Shown here: positions 29,357 through 39,439 of the stretch, piece by piece
How positions within the stretch are numbered: position 1 is the stretch's first letter
Layout of the letters: every line of letters begins with the position of its first letter
Assembly: GCA_039194325.1 (NCBI GenBank)
Contig: JBCCWC010000009.1
Location: 32,001 to 96,000, forward strand
Length of the DNA: 64,000 nt
From: Myxococcota bacterium
Lineage (GTDB): Bacteria > Myxococcota_A > Polyangia > Nannocystales > Nannocystaceae
Direction of reading: 5' to 3'
Notes under the pieces: generated by a model
Databases searched by the model: none
Told to the model about the DNA's origin: nothing
Seen by the model: only the letters and a program-made list of their open reading frames with translations
Translations under genes and position numbers: made by a program

Positions 29357-30160
29357 TCAAGACGCCGAGAACGCGGGCCGGGCCTGCCCCTCGCCGGCCG
29401 GCAACGACCCGGTCCCTTCGTCGTCAGCTCCGACGGTCGCAGGGCCTCGGCCAGCGCTGCGACGAGCGCTCCTCTGCCGCAGCACGTCGATGGGCCACAG
29501 CGCCCGACGGGCCGCGGTCGTGTTGTGCTCGGGATCTCGGTCGGCGAACGCAAGCACCTGGAGTGCATAGCGACTGATCGCCCGGGTCAGCGCTCGCAGG
29601 GGACCATCGAGCGGAACCGGCGGGACCACCTCGCTCGGCGATGTGACCCCGAGCACCACGCCATAAGCCTGGTGAGCCGCCAGCAGCTCATGGATGAAGT
29701 CTTCACCCACCAGGCGGTCGAGATCCTCGCGAAGGCCCTCTTGCTCGATCTGCTCCACCCGCCGACTGCTCTCGACGTACTGCTCGATATAGGGGAGCTT
29801 GAGGAAGTCCAGTCCGGTGGGAAACAAAAGAGCGTGGAGCCCGGTGGCCCGCTGACGATCGGGATCGTCGGAATCGAAGATCGCATAGCGATCGAGGCTG
29901 CCCGAGACCGCCGACCACGCACGATCGAGACGATGATCGTACGGACGGGCATCCTCGAGCGGACGCGCGTACACCCGAGACATCCACCGGGCCTCGAGCT
30001 CGTCCCGCGAGCGCCCGAGCGTCAAGGCCGCCTCGTCCACGGCCGGTCCGGCGTCCTCGGGCACGACGGTCAGGAGCATCTTCGCCAGGCCCAGCGCCGA
30101 ACGAACGCCAACGCGGGGAGCATGGAGATAACGGGAAGGATCGATGAGTGGAGTTGCCAT
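29357..30160 (-). CDS. Hypothetical all-helical protein (myxobacterial type)
   Basis: 267-aa ORF with protein-like composition (DHRLDRAW, LFPTGLDFLKLPY); start ATG 30160 or GTG 30163. Confidence 0.8.
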   Translation of the reverse strand: MATPLIDPSRYLHAPRVGVRSALGLAKMLLTVVPEDAGPAVDEAALTLGRSRDELEARWMSRVYARPLEDARPYDHRLDRAWSAVSGSLDRYAIFDSDDPDRQRATGLHALLFPTGLDFLKLPYIEQYVESSRRVEQIEQEGLREDLDRLVGEDFIHELLAAHQAYGVVLGVTSPSEVVPPVPLDGPLRALTRAISRYALQVLAFADRDPEHNTTAARRALWPIDVLRQRSARRSAGRGPATVGADDEGTGSLPAGEGQARPAFSAS

Positions 30161-30377
30161 CACTCGGAGGTAAGGTCGCCGCCTCCGAGTCCTGACGAGC
30201 TTTTTCTAAAAAGATCGCAAACAGGCCCGAGAACGCCGTACAAAAGGAACCCCGCGGAAATCCAGAAATTCCCGAGCGGGCATAAACGCGCTCGCCCACG
30301 CACGGGGCTCGCTCCGTGCCGCCTGGGGTCCGGCCTTGAGCCCGCCCCCGCACGGCCCCGGCGCTCCCGAACCGCTC

Positions 30378-30597
30378 GGATCTCGTCGATGCAATGATCG
30401 ACCGGCGCTGGGTCCCCGAAGATCTCGCCGAAGTCAATGGTTGCGCGCTTTCGAATATCCTCGGACATCGCGAACGCAATGGTCGAGCGAGGGCTCGATG
30501 TCCGGGGACATCCCGCAGCGTCAACCGATGGCGCGTGGCGATGTCCTCGAACATCACCGATGCAATGATCGAGCGCCGTCGGATCCCGCAGGACATC
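30378..30597. repeat. Degenerate array with 42-43 bp period; palindromic core GATGTCC-NN-GGACATC
   Basis: Cores at 30411, 30454, 30497 (perfect palindrome), 30540 and 30582; recurring GCAATGRTCGA block between cores. Confidence 0.7.
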
Positions 30598-30868
30598 GGC
30601 GCGCACGTCGACCCCACGAGTCCGACCCGTGGAGCGAAACTCCCCACCGACGACCCGATTCGCGAACATTTGCCCCACGACTTATCGTGTTTCGCGTTTT
30701 CCCCCAACGCCCCCGAGTCGTCCGTCATCACGCTCGACCACGGATCGCGGGCTCGCGGTCGCAGCCGCTCCCCTCGTCACAGCTCTCGTGACAGCGACCC
30801 GCGACAACGAGGTGAAGCAATGACCGTTTTGCTCCTCGACCGCGTGTGATCGAACCGCCGATGATCGC

Positions 30869-32812
30869 TTGCGTAGCCTCGAAACCTGTGATGCCGTAGC
30901 CAATGTGTCCGAGGTTCCCTACGATGAGATCCTCGCGCTGAGCCCGTCGGTCGTCTACGTGACAACGGCCGACTGCTTGGCGACCCCCCGGTTCGTCTCG
31001 ACCAACATCGAGCGGCTCCTCGATCACCCCTCGCACGAATTCACCAACGGAACAACGTACCTGTGGGATCTCGTGCACGAGGAGGACCGGGAGATCGTCC
31101 TCGTACACCTTCGTGCTCCCCGGTCGAGCGAGCCGGTCGACCTGCCCGACTATCGCCTGCGCTCCGGCCTGCGATCTGGCCTTCGATCCGGCCTTCGATC
31201 CGGCGAGTCCCTCGAGGTCTGGGTCAGCCACCGGCTCGTCGCGCACGGCCCGGACACCACCCTGCATTTTTTCGAGGACATCAGCGATCGCAAGCGGATC
31301 GAGAACGACCTGGCGTTCCACAAGGAGCGACTGGAGCTGGTGCTCGAGGGCACCCGGCTGGGGATGTGGGACTGGAACCCGCAGACCAACGACGTGGTCT
31401 TCAACGAGCGATGGGCCACGATGCTGGGCCACGAGCTCTCGGAGATCGAGCAGGAACTTTCGTCGTGGGAGTCTCGCGTGCACCCGGACGACCTGGCCGC
31501 GTGCTACGCCGACATCACCGCCCACATCGAAGGGCGGACGGCCTTCTACGAGAACATCCACCGCATGCGGCACAAGGACGGCAGCTGGCGGCACATCCTC
31601 GATCGGGGCAAGATCGTCGAGTACGACCGGAGCGGCAAGCCGCTTCGCTTTACCGGGACCCACACCGACATCACCCGGCAAAAGCGGGCCGAGTTCGATG
31701 CCACGGCCGCCGATCGGGCCAAGAGCTACTTCCTGGCCAACATGAGCCACGAGCTGCGAGGGCCGCTCAACGGGATCCTGGGCCTCAACACCTTGCTGTC
31801 ACAGTCGCTGTCGGATCCCGAGCGGCTCGAGTACGTGCAGGCGGTGCGAGAGTGCGGCCAGAGCTTGCTGGTCATCATCAACGACATCCTCGACTTCTCG
31901 AAGATCGAGGCCGGCAAGCTCGAGCTCGACCCGCAGCCCTTCGACCTCCACCAGATGATCGCCAGCGTGCTGCTGCTGTGCCGGGAGCGGGCGCTGTCCA
32001 AGAAGCTGCGGCTCGACAGCACGATCGATCCTGCGGTGCCCCAGTTCATCCGCTCGGACTCGACCCGCCTACGACAGATCTTGATGAACCTGCTGACCAA
32101 CGCGCTCAAGTTCACCGCGAAGGGCGAGATCTCGCTATCGGTGGGGCTACGCGCCGAGTCGGAGGCGGGGTGCGAGCTGGAGTTCTCCGTGCGTGACACG
32201 GGGATCGGGCTGACCCCGCAGGAGCAGCGCTGGATCTTCGAGCGCTTCATGCAAGGGGAGCGCGACGCTCGCCGTCACGGGGGCACCGGCCTGGGGCTGT
32301 CGATCTCCCGGCTGCTGGCGCAGATGCTGGGCGGGCAGCTGGAGGTAGACAGCCAAAAGGGTCGAGGCTCGTGCTTCTCGTTCACGATCGAGACCGAGCG
32401 CACCCCGCCCCCGTCCCTGCCCGCACCGTCGGCTCGGCCCACCCTCAGCGGGCTGCGGATCCTGGCGGCGGAGGACAACCGGATCAACCAGATGGTGCTC
32501 AGCAAGGTCCTCGAGCGCATGGGGGCGCACTGCACCATGGTCGACAACGGCCAGCTCGCGCTCGATGCCGCCCGCGGGCAGGCCTTCGATCTCATCATCA
32601 TGGATCTCAACATGCCCGAGATCGACGGCCTGGAGGCCGCCGGAATGCTCAAGCGTGAGCACGGGCCGCAGTGCCCGCCCATCGTGGGGCTGTCGGCGGA
32701 TGCCTTCGCGGAGACCCGGAAGATGTGCTTGGAGGCGGGCATGGACGGCTTTGTCACCAAGCCCTTCGACCACGACCTGCTCGTGGATACGCTGGCTCGG
32801 ATCGCGAGCTAG
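30869..32812 (+). CDS. PAS-PAS hybrid histidine kinase / response regulator
   Basis: PAS (WDWN, VHPDD), H-box FLANMSHELR, NLLTNALKFT, DTGIG, GGTGLGL, receiver domain (MDLNMP); start uncertain. Confidence 0.95.
   Translation: MRSLETCDAVANVSEVPYDEILALSPSVVYVTTADCLATPRFVSTNIERLLDHPSHEFTNGTTYLWDLVHEEDREIVLVHLRAPRSSEPVDLPDYRLRSGLRSGLRSGLRSGESLEVWVSHRLVAHGPDTTLHFFEDISDRKRIENDLAFHKERLELVLEGTRLGMWDWNPQTNDVVFNERWATMLGHELSEIEQELSSWESRVHPDDLAACYADITAHIEGRTAFYENIHRMRHKDGSWRHILDRGKIVEYDRSGKPLRFTGTHTDITRQKRAEFDATAADRAKSYFLANMSHELRGPLNGILGLNTLLSQSLSDPERLEYVQAVRECGQSLLVIINDILDFSKIEAGKLELDPQPFDLHQMIASVLLLCRERALSKKLRLDSTIDPAVPQFIRSDSTRLRQILMNLLTNALKFTAKGEISLSVGLRAESEAGCELEFSVRDTGIGLTPQEQRWIFERFMQGERDARRHGGTGLGLSISRLLAQMLGGQLEVDSQKGRGSCFSFTIETERTPPPSLPAPSARPTLSGLRILAAEDNRINQMVLSKVLERMGAHCTMVDNGQLALDAARGQAFDLIIMDLNMPEIDGLEAAGMLKREHGPQCPPIVGLSADAFAETRKMCLEAGMDGFVTKPFDHDLLVDTLARIAS
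31157..31204. repeat. 4 x 12-bp in-frame repeat (LRSG x4) inside the first PAS domain
   Basis: Units at 31157, 31169, 31181 and 31193. Confidence 0.85.
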
Positions 32813-32986
32813 CGGGGATGAGCTCGCAGGCCACCCAGGCCCCCAGAGACGAATCCAGGAAAGCGGTTCGCTTCGTACCAGCTGCGCTGCGTCGCGGCTG
32901 TGCTTAGGTTGATCACACTATCATACGCTACGACCGAAGAGTCATCGACTATGGAGTCTCATGACTGGGGAATGGGGTACACAGTG

Positions 32987-33184
32987 ATGTCCACCAGCAA
33001 GCACAAGCACGTGATCGTCGACCCCACCGTGCAAGAAGCAGAAGACGAATTCCAACGCATGATGGAGTGGTTCCGAGGAATGACCCGCGAGGAACACATC
33101 CGCTTCGGCATCGAACGCGGGGTGCGGAACCCAGACGGAACACCGAAGCTCCCCGAGGGCGACCCTTGCGTCACCCGGGTGTGA
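32987..33184 (+). CDS. Small hypothetical protein (65 aa)
   Basis: MSTSKHKHVIVDPTVQEAEDEFQRMMEWFRGMTREEHIRFGIERGVRNPDGTPKL; protein-like composition; fills the gap between genes. Confidence 0.6.
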   Translation: MSTSKHKHVIVDPTVQEAEDEFQRMMEWFRGMTREEHIRFGIERGVRNPDGTPKLPEGDPCVTRV

Positions 33185-33229
33185 TCCCCCGTGTGCTCAC
33201 CAGTCACGGTGGCCAACCACCACCGCCCC

Positions 33230-34150
33230 TCAAAACCGCCACACGACCCGAGCGCTCGCCCCTCGCGGTCCCCCACCGAGCCCCACCGCCACCTTTGTTC
33301 GTCGCGCTCGCGTACCCACCAAGGCATAGCGAACCACGCCCCCGACGACGAGCGCCGAGCCCACGGCCATGGTGGCGATCCCCGCCACGTTGAGCCGCAC
33401 GGCGCGACGCGATCGATCGTCGAAGGATTGCAGGCTCATGGCTTCCTGCGACGCCCGCTCGTCGGCCCGGCTCTGCACATAGAGCCCAACCCCCACCCCC
33501 AGCGCCGCCACGCCGCCGACCACCAGCACCCCCCCCCAGGGATCGGTATGCCAGGGCGGGGGGGGAGGCGGCGGCTCCACGACCGACTCGCTCGTACCCG
33601 AGCCCTCGCTCGGCTCGCCAGACGAGTCGGTCGCCGACGAGTCGCCGTCGCGGTCGACGGGCGGCAGCCCCAGCATCGCGCGGCACCGATCCTCCCCCCG
33701 CCGAGCATCGGCCGCATCGGCGGGCTGCACGTCCTGCTCGAGGAACTCGCGGTAGAGCACCGCCGCACGCTCGCAGTTGCCCCGACGCTCCTCGATCCTC
33801 GCCCGTGCGTAGGTGAACACCGCGAGGGGCCGCACACGCTCGGCCTTGTCGAGCACCTTGAGGGCCTTGTCGATCCGACCGGCCACCTCGTGGGCCGCGG
33901 CTTCGTTGATCACCTTCCGCGCGTAGTCGTAGTCCTTGTCAGCGACGGGAGCCTTGTCAGCGACGGGGGCCTTGTCAGCGACGGGAGCCTCGTCGGCAAC
34001 GGGCTCCTCGTCGGCGACGGGCTCCTCGTCGGCGACGGGAGCCTCGTTGGCGCCCCGCAGATCGGCGTGCACCGGCCCCGGAACGAGAACGACCGCCACC
34101 AAGCCCCACGACGGCAAGAGCACGGGGATCCAGCTGCGCAACGCATTCAT
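33230..34150 (-). CDS. Secreted/membrane TPR-like protein with 6-aa acidic repeats
   Basis: Signal peptide, (D-E/K-A/E-P-V-A) repeats at about 33934-34049, TPR-like helices, C-terminal Gly-rich hydrophobic segments ending in WRF; ATGA overlap with the kinase gene. Confidence 0.8.
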   Translation of the reverse strand: MNALRSWIPVLLPSWGLVAVVLVPGPVHADLRGANEAPVADEEPVADEEPVADEAPVADKAPVADKAPVADKDYDYARKVINEAAAHEVAGRIDKALKVLDKAERVRPLAVFTYARARIEERRGNCERAAVLYREFLEQDVQPADAADARRGEDRCRAMLGLPPVDRDGDSSATDSSGEPSEGSGTSESVVEPPPPPPPWHTDPWGGVLVVGGVAALGVGVGLYVQSRADERASQEAMSLQSFDDRSRRAVRLNVAGIATMAVGSALVVGGVVRYALVGTRARRTKVAVGLGGGPRGASARVVWRF

Positions 34151-35565
34151 TGCTCACGCCAAGTCGGCGGCAACAGAGCATCGGGATCACCGGCGGGCGG
34201 AGACGCTGGACGCCCCTTGGGCCGTCGACGAGAGCGCGGCCGTCGCTTCGATCGGGTGCCTGCGGCCGGACCCGCCTCCTGCGGATCACTGGCCGCCTCC
34301 TCGGCCTCCTCGGCCTCCTCGAACTGCTCGGACTCCTCGATGATCCGTTCCACCGGCTCGGAACCCTCCGCAGACGACCCCGCCGAGGGATCGGACACTT
34401 GCACCGGCTCAGACGAAGCCGCGGGCACCGACGAGTCGGGCGTCACCGCCTCCGCGGCCGGAGACTCGCTGGATCGCGCCATGCCGATCACGAACCCCGC
34501 CCCGCCGATGAACAGCCCCAGACCAGCCATGGCCGCCCAGCGCAACCAAGAGCCCGCCGCCTTCGGAGGCTCGGCTCCCGCGGTGATCGTCGCCAGGTCC
34601 ACCCGGGGCACCGGCTCGGATCCAAACCGCTCGCGGAGCACCGCCTCCCGCGCCTCCGCACTCAGGTCGAGCCGGGCCCCCGCGACGTAGCGCGCCAGCT
34701 CGTCGGCCAGCACCGCGGCGCTGGAGTGGCGCTCGGCCGGATCGACCTGCAGAGCCCGGGCGATCACCGCCTCGAGCGCGACCGGGTAACCCTCGACCAG
34801 TCGCCCCGGCCGCACGTAGTCCCCATCGACGACCTTGCCGATCACCGCGTAGTCGTTCTCGGCATAGAAGGCCCGACGCCCAACGGTCAGCTCATAGAGG
34901 AGGATCCCCAGCCCAAAGACGTCGCTGCGCCGATCGACCCGATCCCCGCGACACTGCTCGGGCGACATGTAGCCGACCTTGCCCTTGAGGGTGCCCGCCC
35001 GGGTAAGCTGGGTCTGCTCGGTGACCCGGGCGATCCCGAAGTCGAGCAGCTTGACCTGCCCATCGAAGGTGATCATGACGTTGGAGGGCGAGACATCTCG
35101 GTGCACCACCTCGACCGCGTTGCCGTCGGTGTCTCGGTGCTCGTGGGCGGCGTGCAGACCGGCCGCGATCTCCATGACGGTGCTCACCGAGAAGGCCAGC
35201 GGTAGCGGCCCCGCATCACGCATGCTGCGCTGAATGGCGCGCAGCGTCCGCCCGTGCAGGTACTCCATGGCCAAGTAATGGCCGCCCTCGCCAACCCCGA
35301 AGTCGACGACCCGCACAATGTTGGGATGGTCGAGGTCGGCGATGATCCGCACCTCGTCGAGAAACATGCGCACGAACTCGGGATCCCACCCCAGGTGGGG
35401 CAGCAGCCGCTTGACGGCGACCAGCTCGGGAGCACCCTTGGGCCGAGCCCGAGCGGCGAGGTAGAGCTCCGCCATGCCCCCGGCCGCCAAGGGGCGCACC
35501 GCGACGAATTCTCCAAAACGGGTCCCTGCGGGCAGACCCGGGGAGCTCACGACCGCCGCCTCCAC
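34147..35565 (-). CDS. Membrane Ser/Thr protein kinase
   Basis: LAAGGMAELY, VAVKR, HRDVSPSN, DFGIA, GKVGYMSPEQ, TM helix. Confidence 0.95.
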   Translation of the reverse strand: MEAAVVSSPGLPAGTRFGEFVAVRPLAAGGMAELYLAARARPKGAPELVAVKRLLPHLGWDPEFVRMFLDEVRIIADLDHPNIVRVVDFGVGEGGHYLAMEYLHGRTLRAIQRSMRDAGPLPLAFSVSTVMEIAAGLHAAHEHRDTDGNAVEVVHRDVSPSNVMITFDGQVKLLDFGIARVTEQTQLTRAGTLKGKVGYMSPEQCRGDRVDRRSDVFGLGILLYELTVGRRAFYAENDYAVIGKVVDGDYVRPGRLVEGYPVALEAVIARALQVDPAERHSSAAVLADELARYVAGARLDLSAEAREAVLRERFGSEPVPRVDLATITAGAEPPKAAGSWLRWAAMAGLGLFIGGAGFVIGMARSSESPAAEAVTPDSSVPAASSEPVQVSDPSAGSSAEGSEPVERIIEESEQFEEAEEAEEAASDPQEAGPAAGTRSKRRPRSRRRPKGRPASPPAGDPDALLPPTWREQ

Positions 35566-35660
35566 GGACGATCATCGTACCGCAAGCGTTGTCGAGCCGT
35601 CGCGTGGGGGCCCAAGGTCCAGCCAGACCGCGGGTCATACCGGGCACCGAACCGCGCCGC

Positions 35661-36332
35661 TCAGGCCTTGCGGCGAGCCACCAATCGCGGCAATCGGGGC
35701 CGGATCGCGGCCATTGTGGCCGGATCGGCGAGGGAGCGAACCCACCCATCGAGATCCTGGAGCACAGCGTCACTTGCGCGGCCGCGGCGAGCAACGCGAC
35801 GGATCCGGTCGCCAAGCGCCTGACGAGCCCGCGCAAGACGAGTTGTGATCGTACTGGTGGCCACCTCGAGTACGTCGGCAATCTCCCGGGCCAACATACC
35901 ATCCCAGTAATGCAACACGATGACGGTCTGGATCTCCTCGGGGAGGGTGGACATGGCGGTGAGCAGGATCTGGTGCTCCTCGCGGCGGGCCACCAGCACG
36001 CTGAGCGAGGTGCCCGGAGTGGGCTCGGGCTCGTCGAGGCTGGCAAATCGATCACCCCGGCGCTGGTCATCGAGATAGCGAAAGAGCTGGCGCCGGGCGA
36101 TGCCGAACAGGTAGGCGCGAAAGGTCGCGTCGCCGCGAAAGCGCTCTTGCCCCTCCACACAGGCCAAGAAGGTGCGCTGGGTCAGATCCTCGGCGACCCG
36201 GGTGCGCACCTCGAAGAAGCGAAGAACGGCGCCATAGTGGCGCCGCACCAGGAGATCCGCGGCGCTCTGGTCGCCCTGCCGCCAACGGTGCAACAGATCG
36301 AAGTCGTCAGGCCCAGCGCTCACCAGGGCCAC
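35661..36332 (-). CDS. ECF-type sigma-70 family sigma factor
   Basis: WRQGD, AEDLTQRTFL, FRAYLFGIAR, REIADVLEV..STITTRLARAR. Confidence 0.92.
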   Translation of the reverse strand: MALVSAGPDDFDLLHRWRQGDQSAADLLVRRHYGAVLRFFEVRTRVAEDLTQRTFLACVEGQERFRGDATFRAYLFGIARRQLFRYLDDQRRGDRFASLDEPEPTPGTSLSVLVARREEHQILLTAMSTLPEEIQTVIVLHYWDGMLAREIADVLEVATSTITTRLARARQALGDRIRRVARRGRASDAVLQDLDGWVRSLADPATMAAIRPRLPRLVARRKA

Positions 36333-36444
36333 TATAGTCGATCGATCGAATCTCGATCGAGCCGAGCTCGAGTGACCGCAAAGCCCGAGTGCTCATGGCC
36401 GCTCGCGCCTACCGGCGACCCGATCCCAGCACGGGATCCGAGGA

Positions 36445-39057
36445 CTACATCGGCACCCCGAGCCCCAGCTCGTCCGCCAAGACGTCCCGCAGCCGCGCCA
36501 GGGCCTGCTCGATCTGCTGGATCGAATCGGCAACGACCGGGGGTTCCTCGGCAGTCAGCGCGAGCAGCTGGTTGGCCCCCACCGTGCCGCTCATCCCCTT
36601 CAGAGCGTGGGCGTACTCACCGAGCGCGTCCATGTCGTCCGCATCGATAGCCTCCTTCATCTGCCCGATGAGCTCGACCGTGCGCTCGATGTACATCTCG
36701 AGGATCGACCGCAGCGCCTCGTCGTCGGGATCGTAGTTCTCCCGCAGCCACTCCATGTCGATCGGCGCGGCCACATCGACGGCCGCCGGGGTGGTCGGCT
36801 CGTGATCGCGGGCCACGACGACCCCCTCCCCCGGCTCGGACACGGGAAGACCCGCGAGCACGCCGGTCAGCTCGTCGAGGCGATACGGCTTGCTGATGTA
36901 CGCGTCCATGCCCGCCTCGATGCACTGCTCTCGATCGCGGGTGGTGGCGTTGGCGGTCACCGCGACGATGATCGGCTGGATCACGCTGGGATCGGCCCGG
37001 ATCCGACGGGTCGCCGCGAGCCCATCGAGCTCGGGCATGTGCACGTCCATCAGCACGACGTCGTACGACTGCTGGCGAACCGCGGCGATGGCCTCCAACC
37101 CCGAGGATACGACGTCGGCGCGAAGACCCAGGCGCTCGAGCGACAGCTGAGCCACCCGCTGGTTGACCAGGTTGTCCTCGGCCAACAAGACCCGAAGGCC
37201 CGGCGGGATCTCCGGGATCTCGGAGGCCGACACGGCGACCGGCACGGCGGGCTCCGGCTCGGCCCCCGGCTCGGTCGACAGGGCCACCAGCGCCCGATAA
37301 AGACGAGCCGGGGCGACCGGCTTGGTCAGCGGGGTGATCGACGCACCGCGCAGCAAGGGCTGCCCCAGCGCGGTCAAGACCACGATCGGTAGCGTTACGT
37401 GTGGAGGGTGACGACGCACCGACTCGACGAAGGTCGAGCCCAACATGTCGGGCAGCACGGCCTCGGTGATCACACAGCAACAGCGATTGCCCGGCGCGCT
37501 GAGCCACCGCAGCGCCGCCTCCCCCGAGTCGACCCGCTGCGTCCGCATGCCCCACGATCGCAGGTGTAGCCGCGTCAGCTTGCGACTGGTCCCCGGCTCA
37601 CCAACCAGCAGCACCAGCTCACCGACCAGCTCGGGGATCTCCCCGCCCAGGTAGCGAGGACGCGGACGCTCGACCCGGGCCCCCCGGATCGTGAAGGAGA
37701 AGGTCGAGCCCACCCCCGGCTCGCTCTGCACGGTCAGCGCACCACCCATGGCTTCGACCAGACGCTTGCAGATCGTCAGGCCGAGGCCGGTGCCCCCGAA
37801 GCGCCGCGCGGTCGAGGCGTCTTCTTGGGAGAAGGGATCGAACAAAGAAGAGAGCGCCTCGGGCTTGATGCCGATCCCGGTGTCGCGCACCGAGCACCGC
37901 AGCTCGACCAGCTGAGGCGCGACCGGATCGGGCTCGGCGGTGACCGACACGACGATCTCCCCCCTGGGCGTGAACTTGACCGCGTTGCCGATCAGGTTGA
38001 CGAAGATCTGCTGGAGCCGGGTGGCGTCGCCGTGGATCGCCACGGGGACCTGCTGATCCACCTGATAGACGAGCTCGATCCCCTTGGCGGCCGCCGAGCT
38101 GGCGAGCACCTCGACCGCCCGAGCCACGCACTCGCGCACGTCGAGCGGGGCGCGCTCGATCTGCAGCTCGCCGGCCTCGATCTTGGAGAAATCGAGGATG
38201 TCGTCGAGCAGCCCCAACAGCACCTCACCGCTGGCCCGCACGGCCTCGGCGTAGCCGCGCTGCCGCGGGTCGAGCTCGGTCCCGAGCAACAGCCCCGTCA
38301 TGCCGATCACCGCGTTCATCGGGGTGCGGATCTCGTGGCTCATGCTGGCCAAGAACTCGCTCTTGGCGGCGTTGGCCTGGTCGGCCCGGGCGCGCGCGGC
38401 CTCGGCCTCGTCGCGCGCGGTGGCCAGCAACGCGTTGGCCTCGATGAGCTCGGCGGTCCGCTTGGCCACGCGCACCTCGAGATCGTCGCGCGCGGCCTCG
38501 AGCGCGGCGTTGGTGCGCCGCAGCGTCTCGGTCTGGCGCCAACGCGCGATCGCCAGCGCGAGGTGGGCCGCAAAGAGCCGCGCGAGCTCGACGTCGGCCT
38601 CTTCATAGCCCCCCTCCCGGGTGGTGCAGAACGCCAGCACCCCGAGCTTGAGGCCATAGGCGTTCAGCGGAAAGACGAGCAGTCCGGTGACCGAGCCGTG
38701 TACGAGCCCCGGATCGGCGATCGACTCGGGCCCCGGCACCTCCGCTCCCTCACACCACCGGTGGTGCTCGCCGGCCATGACCCCACAAAATACCTGATCC
38801 TCGATCGGCAACCGCTGAAGACGGCACCGGGGCACGTCGGGCCGAGTCTCCAGCAGCGTGTCGAGATCGAACACCCGACCGCCCGCGGTCGCCAGCGCGA
38901 TCGTGCAGCGCTCGAAGTCGAGGGCCCCCTTGATCTTCTCGACCGCCTGATCGAGGAATGACCCGAGCTCGGTCGTCCCCGAAATCAGCAGGACCACCTG
39001 CGACAGCATCGAGTAGCGCGTCGCCTGCTGGTACCAGCGGTTCGAATCACTGCTCAT
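36445..39057 (-). CDS. GAF - histidine kinase - receiver-like - receiver - Hpt hybrid sensor kinase
   Basis: [37 protein letters not shown], Hpt AHALKG; ATG at 39057 chosen inside ORF 36445..39471. Confidence 0.93.
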   Translation of the reverse strand: MSSDSNRWYQQATRYSMLSQVVLLISGTTELGSFLDQAVEKIKGALDFERCTIALATAGGRVFDLDTLLETRPDVPRCRLQRLPIEDQVFCGVMAGEHHRWCEGAEVPGPESIADPGLVHGSVTGLLVFPLNAYGLKLGVLAFCTTREGGYEEADVELARLFAAHLALAIARWRQTETLRRTNAALEAARDDLEVRVAKRTAELIEANALLATARDEAEAARARADQANAAKSEFLASMSHEIRTPMNAVIGMTGLLLGTELDPRQRGYAEAVRASGEVLLGLLDDILDFSKIEAGELQIERAPLDVRECVARAVEVLASSAAAKGIELVYQVDQQVPVAIHGDATRLQQIFVNLIGNAVKFTPRGEIVVSVTAEPDPVAPQLVELRCSVRDTGIGIKPEALSSLFDPFSQEDASTARRFGGTGLGLTICKRLVEAMGGALTVQSEPGVGSTFSFTIRGARVERPRPRYLGGEIPELVGELVLLVGEPGTSRKLTRLHLRSWGMRTQRVDSGEAALRWLSAPGNRCCCVITEAVLPDMLGSTFVESVRRHPPHVTLPIVVLTALGQPLLRGASITPLTKPVAPARLYRALVALSTEPGAEPEPAVPVAVSASEIPEIPPGLRVLLAEDNLVNQRVAQLSLERLGLRADVVSSGLEAIAAVRQQSYDVVLMDVHMPELDGLAATRRIRADPSVIQPIIVAVTANATTRDREQCIEAGMDAYISKPYRLDELTGVLAGLPVSEPGEGVVVARDHEPTTPAAVDVAAPIDMEWLRENYDPDDEALRSILEMYIERTVELIGQMKEAIDADDMDALGEYAHALKGMSGTVGANQLLALTAEEPPVVADSIQQIEQALARLRDVLADELGLGVPM

Positions 39058-39336
39058 CCGGTGGATCCACCCGGTGCGAGCGCCCAACCCCCACGCCCAC
39101 ACGACCGGCCGAGGCGCAGCGCTCTGCGCTAGCATTCTTGCACGAGTCGAGTCTCCATCGACGATGATCTCCGCCCCCCGCCCGTGACGATGCCCCGATC
39201 TCATGCGAGAGCGCCGCGAGCCGGCCGCATCGAGGACCGCGAGCAACAACCGCAGATGCCGACGGCGGGCTGCTAGGGGAACACCGGACACAGCACGGTA
39301 CGGTCGCGCGGCCACGTTTTCGCGCCCCAGCGGATG

Positions 39337-39408
39337 ACGAGCCCGGAGCACGAGCCCGGAGCACGAGCCCGGAGCACGAGCCCGGAGCACGAGCCCGGAG
39401 CACGAGCC
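39337..39408. repeat. 5.5 x 13-bp perfect tandem repeat (ACGAGCCCGGAGC)
   Basis: Units at 39337, 39350, 39363, 39376, 39389, partial at 39402; intergenic, upstream of the hybrid kinase. Confidence 0.95.
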
Positions 39409-39439
39409 GGGCAACGCCCCGGATGACGTTTGGTCAGGC

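Noticed and set aside
30378..30597. CRISPR array interpretation of the 43-bp periodic repeats
   Set aside because: Repeats are degenerate, the period is too short for repeat plus spacer, and there are no cas genes in the window; kept as a non-CRISPR array
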